Source: Candidatus Latescibacterota bacterium (lineage in GTDB: Bacteria; Latescibacterota; UBA2968). From it: a DNA stretch of 64,000 nucleotides. Location: positions 4,352,001-4,416,000 of the forward strand of contig OZ244960.1 in the NCBI GenBank assembly GCA_965222605.1, given 5' to 3'. The notes under the pieces are model-generated. The model was not told the origin of the DNA. It saw only the letters and a list, made by a program, of their open reading frames with translations, and searched no databases. Numbering within the stretch: position 1 is the first letter of the stretch; every line of letters starts with the position of its first letter. The translations under genes were made by a program, and so were the position numbers. Below, in pieces: positions 57,100 through 64,000 of this stretch.

Positions 57100-58893
57100 A
57101 TGACTATTTTGGAATTACATCATATTGCAATGGCTTACGGTGCTCAGGATGTGCTGATCGATGTGTCTTTTAAGATCAATAAAGGCGAAAAGGTTGGTTT
57201 GATTGGTGACAATGGCTGCGGAAAGTCCACTATTTTAAAACTGATTGCAGGTATTGAAACACCCGTTTCTGGCACTGTGAGTAAGATAAAAGGCATATCT
57301 ACGGGGTATCTCGCGCAGCACCTGAAATTTCGGGCGGGAAGGCGTGTTGACGAAGAAATCGCCTCGGTATTTGAAGCAGTCAATCGGATGCAGCGCAAAA
57401 TGCACAAACTGGAAGCTCAAATGGCAAATGGAGCGTCCAATCAGATCAACGCGGTGATGGAACAGTACGGGCGCTTACAGGAGGCTTTTGAGCGGGCAGA
57501 TGGCTATGCTTGTCAGGCAAAAATTGATGCGGTCATAGATGGACTGGGTATAGGGGCCTGGCGCGACCAATCTGTCGATGTATTGAGTGGCGGCGAAAAG
57601 AATCTGGTGGGATTGGCAAAAATTCTGCTGGGCGAGCCAGACCTGCTGTTGCTGGACGAACCGGGCAATCACCTCGATTTTGAAGGATTGGCCTGGTTAG
57701 AGGCATTTTTGCAAAATTTGGACCGAACGGTGATTCTGGTATCACACGATCGCTATATGCTGGACCGGATTGTGAATCGGATTGTGGAAGTTGAAGATGG
57801 AAAAGCCAGCACATATATGGGCAATTATTCGGCCTACCGCACAGAAAAAATGCGTCAATTGCTCTTGCAGAAAGCGGCACACGACAACCAGCAGAAGGAA
57901 ATTCAACGGCTGGAGGATATGATCAAGCGTTTTGAATTGTGGGGCGGGGAAAAAAACATACGGCGTGCGAGAAACAAAGAAAAAATGCTGGACCGTATGG
58001 ATCGGATCCATCGGCCAGTCATGGATCGCCAACGCATTGATCCTGCATTTGGCGCGACTCAGGGCAGTGGAAAAATTGCCTTAGAGTTGCGAAATTACGG
58101 GCGCAAAGCAGGTGAGCGTACGCTGTTTCGAGATGTTGATTTGCTGGTGCAATCGGGCGACCGCGTCGGATTGGTTGGGGATAATGGGACAGGCAAATCT
58201 ATGCTCTTTAAAGACATTGTTGCCGAGGCTGCCTGGGAACACCCCACAATGCGAATCGGTCCGCGCATTCAATTGGGATATTACGCTCAAGAACACGAGA
58301 CCTTAAATGACAACCGAACCATTCTCGAAGAGATCTGTTTGTCGGGCGAGTTGAACCGCGATCAGGGGTTTGGGGTGCTATCCAGATTTTTATTTGGATG
58401 GAGTGATCTGGACAAAAAAGTCGGCAATTTAAGCGGTGGTGAAAAAAGTCGCATTCAGTTGGCCTGTTTGATGGTGTCTGGGGCCAATCTGTTGTTATTG
58501 GATGAGCCGACCAATCATCTGGATATCGCATCCCGCGAGCAGGTGGAAGATGCCCTTGAAGACTTTGACGGTACACTCATAGTGATTTCACACGATCGCT
58601 ATTTCCTCGATAAAATTGCCGAGCGGGTGATTGAAGTGCGCGACATGAATTTGGAATCCCATGCAGGCAATTTTTCAGATTTTTGGGCAAAATGGAGATC
58701 AAGTAAAACGCCGGATGGAGAGATCAATTCTGAGGTCGAAAAACAAATCGAGGCGTTGGAAGATGAGAAATTGAAACTGGAACGGGGGATGGCATCGGCT
58801 TTTGAAAAAAGAGATTTCAAGCGAGGAGATCGCCTCAGCCGCCGGTTGCGTCTGGTGGAACAGCAGATTGAAGACCTTTATGACGCTTTTTAA
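57100..58893 (+). CDS. ABC-F family ATPase (ribosome-associated)
   Basis: Two NBDs (GDNGCGKS/LSGGE/DEPGNHLD; GDNGTGKS/LSGGE/DEPTNHLD), no TMs, linker YMGNYSAY, C-terminal coiled coil. Confidence 0.94.
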   Translation: MTILELHHIAMAYGAQDVLIDVSFKINKGEKVGLIGDNGCGKSTILKLIAGIETPVSGTVSKIKGISTGYLAQHLKFRAGRRVDEEIASVFEAVNRMQRKMHKLEAQMANGASNQINAVMEQYGRLQEAFERADGYACQAKIDAVIDGLGIGAWRDQSVDVLSGGEKNLVGLAKILLGEPDLLLLDEPGNHLDFEGLAWLEAFLQNLDRTVILVSHDRYMLDRIVNRIVEVEDGKASTYMGNYSAYRTEKMRQLLLQKAAHDNQQKEIQRLEDMIKRFELWGGEKNIRRARNKEKMLDRMDRIHRPVMDRQRIDPAFGATQGSGKIALELRNYGRKAGERTLFRDVDLLVQSGDRVGLVGDNGTGKSMLFKDIVAEAAWEHPTMRIGPRIQLGYYAQEHETLNDNRTILEEICLSGELNRDQGFGVLSRFLFGWSDLDKKVGNLSGGEKSRIQLACLMVSGANLLLLDEPTNHLDIASREQVEDALEDFDGTLIVISHDRYFLDKIAERVIEVRDMNLESHAGNFSDFWAKWRSSKTPDGEINSEVEKQIEALEDEKLKLERGMASAFEKRDFKRGDRLSRRLRLVEQQIEDLYDAF

Positions 58894-58915
58894 ATCATAT
58901 TGTCAGCGTTATAAG

Positions 58916-58949
58916 AAAACACCGCAACAAATCTGTTGCGGTGTTTTTG
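58916..58949. terminator. Bidirectional terminator
   Basis: AAAACACCGCAACA-AATC-TGTTGCGGTGTTTTT. Confidence 0.85.
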
Positions 58950-58970
58950 GTTTCAGACCTCTTGCTCTGT

Positions 58971-59279
58971 TTATTTTTCCAGATCTTTGAGGGGTATTGA
59001 GAGGGCGTCTCGAAGTATTTTGCCGGGTTTGAATCCGACTTTGCGTCTCGCAGGCACATAGACTTCGTCGCCCGTTCGGGGATTGCGCGCGCGAGGGCGA
59101 GCATTGGTGCGTTTGACTTCCCAACTTCCAAAGCCTCGAATTTCGATCCGTTCACCTTCGATGATGGCATCTGCAAGGGTTTCAAAGAGTACATCTACGG
59201 CTTGTTTCGCCATGGTGTTTTTGCAATCGATTTCATTTGCAAGTATTTTTGCCAGGTCTGCTTTGGTGATGGTTTGCAC
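58971..59279 (-). CDS. HU/IHF-family DNA-binding protein
   Basis: TKADL, IEIRGFGSW, ARNPRTG, FKPGK. Confidence 0.93.
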   Translation of the reverse strand: MQTITKADLAKILANEIDCKNTMAKQAVDVLFETLADAIIEGERIEIRGFGSWEVKRTNARPRARNPRTGDEVYVPARRKVGFKPGKILRDALSIPLKDLEK

Positions 59280-59454
59280 TCGCTACCCTCCACAAAAAAT
59301 ACCAAACTCATTGAACAGTTTTATCAAAATAAGGCGTTTCAGGCGATTATCCAGAAACTGATGAAGTGATTGAACTGGTCTGGCTTGCGACCAGTTGTAC
59401 ACCTTTCGTCACAAAAAAACGGCGACCTCGCTGGATGGTCACCGCGATGATTTA

Positions 59455-59531
59455 TGGTGGGCGCACAGGGACTCGAACCCCGGACCAACGGATTATGAGT
59501 CCGTCGCTCTAACCAACTGAGCTATGCGCCC
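59455..59531 (-). tRNA. tRNA with CAT anticodon, most likely tRNA-Ile2 (lysidine)
   Basis: GGGCGCATAGCTCAGTTGGTTAGAGCGACGGACTCATAATCCGTTGGTCCGGGGTTCGAGTCCCTGTGCGCCCACCA; paired G1-C72 so not an initiator. Ile2 versus elongator Met is inferred. Confidence 0.9.
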
Positions 59532-59620
59532 CAAAATTTAGTCCTGCTAATCCAACCTGAAAAGCAAAGATAAGGAACAGCGATAAGTTGTGCAACCAAA
59601 AATTGGACACTTTATGGAAG

Positions 59621-61393
59621 TTATTTTGGCTCAGCCATCGCTTTGCGCTGAGCGGTGAGGAGGCGGTGTTTTTCCAGCGTGGCGCGCAGGTCGTCGGGAG
59701 AAAGCGGTTGGCGCAATTGCTTTTCGAGTAGTTCGAGTTCTCGTTCGAGATTTTTGAGTTGAAACTGTTGAATATAATCTCGAATGGGAATATCGATGTT
59801 GGGATTCTCAATGCCTATTTCCAGAGATAGGTGGGTCAATATGCGGCTTAAGCGATCATCGTTGCACTGATTGATGAGGTGTGCGATCTCGATGGATTGT
59901 TTCTGCTGTCGGTTGCGGGCAATCATGGTAGCGATTTGCCGGTAAGCGCTATTTGTAAAGTTGTCGGGAGAAATTTGATTGAATACGCTATCGGCGGTTT
60001 CGGGATGTTGCATCAGGAAGGTGAGCAATTCGCGCTCAGAACGGGGCCGCGTATCATAAGGTTCGGGTTCTGCCTGTCCATTTTGCGATCTTGTAGAGCG
60101 GCGTTGCGTTTGGGTAATGCTAATGAGGGTTTCTTCATCTATCCCGATTTTTTCGGCGATGTCTTTGATGAGAAATTGTTTGAGCGCATTGTCTTTGATG
60201 CGTCCAACGAGTTCGGCCAATGCGTGTGCTGTTCGGGTTTTGCCATCTATGGTTGAGAGGTCGTCGCGTTGGGCAAATTGTTCCATGAGAAAGTCGATGG
60301 CGGGTGCGGCGTTTTCGGTGAGGCGCAGAAAGCCATCGGGTCCATGGGCGCGCACATAGCTGTCGGGGTCGTGGTCTTCGGGCAGGGTGACAACGCGGAC
60401 TTCGAGGCCCACTTCAAAGAGCGATCCGATACCGCGCATTGCCGCGGTTGCTCCGGCGGTGTCGCCATCAAAGATGAGTATGGTTTTGGGCGCGTAACGC
60501 CTGAGCAGACGCGCGTGGTCGGTTGTGAGTGCTGTGCCAGAGGATGCGACCGCGTTTTCAATGCCATGTTGCGTTAGGGCAATGAGGTCCATATAACCTT
60601 CAACAACGAGTGCTACACCCGCATTGCGAATGGCATCTCTATCGCGCCACAAGCCGTACAGGGTGGCACTTTTGTTGTACACAGGGGTTTCTGGAGAGTT
60701 GATGTATTTGGCCTGTTCGTTGGGATCGAGGGCGCGCGCGCCAAAGGCGACGGGGCGACCTGTGGCGGCGTGAATGGGAAAGGTGATGCGATTGCGAAAG
60801 CGGTCGTAAAAACCACCTCCTGTTTGCGTTTGGGAGACCAGACCGGCGCGTTCGAGTATTTGCGGAGAGAATCCCCGGCGGGTGGCGACTTGCAAAAAGC
60901 CATCCCACTGATCGGACGCGTAACCGAGGGAAAAGGCATCGATTACGTCGCGGTTTATGCCGCGTTTTTCGAGGTAGGCCATGGCATCGACGGCTTTCTC
61001 GTCTTGTGTGAGCAGGTGGTGAAAATATTTGATCGCGAGTTCATTGGCACGGTAGAGTTGGTCAAAGACTTCCTGCTGGTCCGGGTCTGCGGGTTTTGCA
61101 TCGGGCAAGGCTATGCCCGCGCGATCGGCGAGTTGGCGAACGGCTTCGATAAAGCTGATGTTTTCTATGTCGCGCAGAAATGTAAAGCTGTTGCCGCCCG
61201 CACCGCAGGCGAAACACTTGTAGATCTGTTTTTCTTGCGAGACGTTTAAGGAGGGTGTGGAATCGTCGTGGAAGGGACACAGGCCGACAAAGCTTTTGCC
61301 CCGGCGGGTCAGTGCAACGTGATCGCCGACAACATCGACGATGTCGATAGACAGGCGCACTTGATCGATGACAGTTTCTGGAATGCGCGGCAT
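59621..61393 (-). CDS. dnaG: DNA primase
   Basis: CPFHDDSTPS...CFAC, KYINSPET, VEGYMD, DGDTAG, DPD. Confidence 0.98.
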   Translation of the reverse strand: MPRIPETVIDQVRLSIDIVDVVGDHVALTRRGKSFVGLCPFHDDSTPSLNVSQEKQIYKCFACGAGGNSFTFLRDIENISFIEAVRQLADRAGIALPDAKPADPDQQEVFDQLYRANELAIKYFHHLLTQDEKAVDAMAYLEKRGINRDVIDAFSLGYASDQWDGFLQVATRRGFSPQILERAGLVSQTQTGGGFYDRFRNRITFPIHAATGRPVAFGARALDPNEQAKYINSPETPVYNKSATLYGLWRDRDAIRNAGVALVVEGYMDLIALTQHGIENAVASSGTALTTDHARLLRRYAPKTILIFDGDTAGATAAMRGIGSLFEVGLEVRVVTLPEDHDPDSYVRAHGPDGFLRLTENAAPAIDFLMEQFAQRDDLSTIDGKTRTAHALAELVGRIKDNALKQFLIKDIAEKIGIDEETLISITQTQRRSTRSQNGQAEPEPYDTRPRSERELLTFLMQHPETADSVFNQISPDNFTNSAYRQIATMIARNRQQKQSIEIAHLINQCNDDRLSRILTHLSLEIGIENPNIDIPIRDYIQQFQLKNLERELELLEKQLRQPLSPDDLRATLEKHRLLTAQRKAMAEPK

Positions 61394-61456
61394 GTAAGGA
61401 ACTCCCCGGGGAGAGGAGATGGAAGCTGTAAATGGGGGCGGTTTGGGGGACCGCTT

Positions 61457-63421
61457 CTAAGCTGGCTCAACCCAATCGCCGCCAGCGCGTATCAGGCCAA
61501 TCAGTTCGTCAACCGCACCTTTTGTGGGAATATTGCGTTTGACGATGTCTTTGCCCTTGTAGAGCGTGATTTTGCCAGAACCACTGCCTACATAACCGTA
61601 ATCGGCGTCAGCCATTTCACCGGGACCGTTGACAATGCAGCCCATAATGCCAATTTTGACGCCTTTGAGGTGGTTGGTGTGGCTTCGAATCAGGGCGGTG
61701 GTTTCCTGCAGGTCGAACAGGGTGCGCCCACACGAAGGGCAGGATATGTATTCGGTTTTGGATATGCGCGTGCGCGTGGCTTGCAAGATGCCAAATGCCG
61801 TGCGGGTGAGGGTGTGGTCGTCTATTTGATTGGATACACTGCTGTACTGACATTCGAGCCACAGGCCATCGCCGAGGCCATCGACGAGCAGTCCACCACA
61901 GTCTGTGGCGGCGTAGAGCATGAAGGCATCATCGGTTGAGTACATTGTTGCGCTATACGTTCGGTGGATGACTATGGGTATGTCGCAATGCCAATCTGCA
62001 AGCATGCAGATTGCGCGGCGCAGTTCGGGCAGGGCGTGGGTGTTGTGGGTTTGCAGGACGAGCACAGCATAAGGATCGGCTTTGAGCGCGCAGATAAGCG
62101 GTGCGTCGAGTTCGACGAGTTCGGCACAGACAAAGGTGATGGGGTCAGATGTATGCTTGGATTGCAAGTATGCAGTTGCAGAAAAAATTGGGTATGCGGT
62201 GGAGGCGGGCGACCAGGCCCGAGCATTTTGAATGACGCCAAGCGTGCCCGGTAGTTCAAAGTCCAGGGTGCGATCGCCGATGTTAATAAAATCAACGGCC
62301 ATGTCGGCAATGTACCATTTGTCGAGCGCCGCGTCGTATGAATAGCCAAAGGGTTGCAGGGATTCGAGGGTGATGGTGCCCTGTGGGGTGGCAATGACGA
62401 TTGGGACATTCGGTTTGCCGATTTTTTCAACCTGTCGCGTTGCGCGGCGCGCGTACGAAAATGGATCGATATGAGATATTTCAATTTCTGGTATTGGCGC
62501 GTGATCGCTGCGGTTGCAATAGCGGGCGACCAGTGTTTGCGCCACGGGGATTTCAGCTTCGGGTTCTTCGGTGAGGGAGACGCGAATGGTGTCGCCCAGG
62601 CCGTCTTCGAGCAGCGCGCCTATGCCCACGGCGGATTTGATGCGCCCATCTTCGCCATCGCCAGCTTCTGTGACCCCCAGATGGAGCGGATAGTTCATGC
62701 CTTCGGCCATCATTTTGTGTACGAGCAGGCGGTAGGCTTGAACCATGATTTGCGGATTGCTGGCTTTCATGGAAAACACGATGTCGTGATAGTCGAGGTC
62801 ATTGCATATCCGCGCAAATTCGAGTGCGGATTCGACCATGCCGAATGGGGTATCGCCAAATCTGCTCATAATGCGGTCTGAGAGCGACCCGTGGTTGGTG
62901 CCAATCCGCATGGCTGTGCCGTATTCTTTGCAGATTTTGACCAGTGGTGCGAATCTGTCGTGGATGCGGTGCAATTCTTCGGCGTATTGTGCATCGGTGT
63001 ATTCGATGATCTGGAATTTTTTTTTGTCGGCATAATTGCCGGGGTTCACGCGCACTTTTTCCACAATTCGGGCGGCAATTTCAGCGGCATTGGGGGTGTA
63101 GTGAATATCGGCTACTAATGGGGTGTTGTAGCCCGCGGCTCTGAGTTTTTTTTGGATGTTTTCGAGGTTGCGGGCTTCGTTTTGGCTGGGTGCTGTTATG
63201 CGCACGTATTCACATCCGGCACGGATCATGCGGATGGACTGGGCGACCGTGCCATCGGTATCCATGGTATCGGTTGTGGTCATTGACTGCACGCGAATGG
63301 GATTGTCGCCGCCGAGTGGCACGTCCCCGATATCGACTTCGCGGGTTTTGAAGCGGGCGTATTCCGTGAGCGAATTGCAGTATTTGCCCGGGGAAACGAG
63401 CAGGTCGCTGGTTATGGACAT
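61457..63421 (-). CDS. ispG: (E)-4-hydroxy-3-methylbut-2-enyl-diphosphate synthase, long form
   Basis: RVQSMT, VADIH, RVNPGN, HLGVTEAG, GDTIRVSLT, CPSCGR, MGCIVNGPGE. Confidence 0.97.
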   Translation of the reverse strand: MSITSDLLVSPGKYCNSLTEYARFKTREVDIGDVPLGGDNPIRVQSMTTTDTMDTDGTVAQSIRMIRAGCEYVRITAPSQNEARNLENIQKKLRAAGYNTPLVADIHYTPNAAEIAARIVEKVRVNPGNYADKKKFQIIEYTDAQYAEELHRIHDRFAPLVKICKEYGTAMRIGTNHGSLSDRIMSRFGDTPFGMVESALEFARICNDLDYHDIVFSMKASNPQIMVQAYRLLVHKMMAEGMNYPLHLGVTEAGDGEDGRIKSAVGIGALLEDGLGDTIRVSLTEEPEAEIPVAQTLVARYCNRSDHAPIPEIEISHIDPFSYARRATRQVEKIGKPNVPIVIATPQGTITLESLQPFGYSYDAALDKWYIADMAVDFINIGDRTLDFELPGTLGVIQNARAWSPASTAYPIFSATAYLQSKHTSDPITFVCAELVELDAPLICALKADPYAVLVLQTHNTHALPELRRAICMLADWHCDIPIVIHRTYSATMYSTDDAFMLYAATDCGGLLVDGLGDGLWLECQYSSVSNQIDDHTLTRTAFGILQATRTRISKTEYISCPSCGRTLFDLQETTALIRSHTNHLKGVKIGIMGCIVNGPGEMADADYGYVGSGSGKITLYKGKDIVKRNIPTKGAVDELIGLIRAGGDWVEPA

Positions 63422-63442
63422 TGGTCGTCTCTGTGGTTGTGA

Positions 63443-63472
63443 GTAGGGGCGGGTTTCCAAACCCGCCCCTAC
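63443..63472. repeat. GTAG-type REP-like palindrome
   Basis: GTAGGGGCGGGTTT-CC-AAACCCGCCCCTAC perfect hairpin; supplies the stop codon of the upstream gene. Confidence 0.75.
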
Positions 63473-64000
63473 TTGGATTCATCGAGCAGTTCGTTGATTT
63501 TTTTTCGCGCTTCACCGGCTTCTTTGTTCAGCTTTTCAATAAGAGGAGGCGTTTTTTCGATCTGAATGCCCAGTGTTTCGAGCAGGGTTTTTATATCGGG
63601 AAACATGGCTTGCACACCATCGGCAATCACCCGAGCGGATTTTTGAAGCGGTGCTCCTAAGGCGGAATTGTCGATGAATTCGGGCACGCGGCTATGGATG
63701 GGTTTTGCATGTAAAAATATGGCGATCAGACCTAAAATCAATGCGCCTTGAGCCAGCCCCAGAGCTATGCCGCCAAATGCGTCAATCGCGCCCAGGGGAG
63801 AGGTCCGCAGTATTCTGTGAAGGGTGTGGCCCAGGAAAGAGCAGGCGACTAAGACGGCCGCAAATACCACGAGGAACCCGAAGAGCGCAGTGCCTGTGCC
63901 GAGGTCTTCGGTTGTATCTAACAAAGCGCGTGCTGTTGTTTCGCCATAAGTGAGGGCAAAACCATAGGCCAATATCACACTGAGCAGCATGATGAGGCTT
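63469..64000 (-). CDS. CvpA (colicin V production)-family membrane protein, 5' end beyond the window
   Basis: Multiple TMs, LGAIDAFGGIALGLAQG motif. Confidence 0.75.
   Translation of the reverse strand, partial: SLIMLLSVILAYGFALTYGETTARALLDTTEDLGTGTALFGFLVVFAAVLVACSFLGHTLHRILRTSPLGAIDAFGGIALGLAQGALILGLIAIFLHAKPIHSRVPEFIDNSALGAPLQKSARVIADGVQAMFPDIKTLLETLGIQIEKTPPLIEKLNKEAGEARKKINELLDESK

Noticed and set aside
59509-59811. 100-aa ORF
   Set aside because: It overlaps the dnaG 3' end out of frame and runs into the tRNA.

Overview
Bacterial chromosomal window. The gene set (TonB-dependent receptor, two PorV-like barrels, polysaccharide lyases, sulfatase, long-form IspG) suggests a Gram-negative FCB-superphylum organism, possibly Latescibacterota-like; this is inference only. 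Layout: (1) 1-8.3 kb, a minus-strand carbohydrate-uptake locus (TonB receptor, secreted FN3/CTD protein, PorV-like barrel, and a heparinase II/III-like lyase missed by the ORF track) beyond tRNA-Val and an att-like scar; (2) 8.7-14.7 kb, housekeeping genes (PorV-like barrel, PASTA protein, rpe, ffh, rpsP, rimM, trmD, rplS); (3) 15-28.7 kb, pectate lyase, PhyH dioxygenase, a VapBC-type pair, hrpA, heterodimeric ABC exporter, NHL protein, aldolase, MFS; (4) 28.7-36.8 kb, a mobile-element-rich zone with MITEs, a HicB-like fusion protein, a truncated helicase and related terminal-inverted-repeat (TIR) cassettes lacking a transposase, one carrying a thermonuclease and one an intact tnpB; (5) 36.8-49.4 kb, sulfatase, oxidoreductase, sigma factor, two divergent ferritins and a putative iron-uptake operon; (6) 49.5-64 kb, sucA-sucB-lpdA, an ABC-F with an attenuator-like leader, HU/IHF, tRNA(CAU), dnaG, ispG and a CvpA-family gene. 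The most notable signal is the intact tnpB bounded by IS1595-like TIRs rather than IS200/IS605 hairpin ends. All calls come from reading the sequence; no searches were run.
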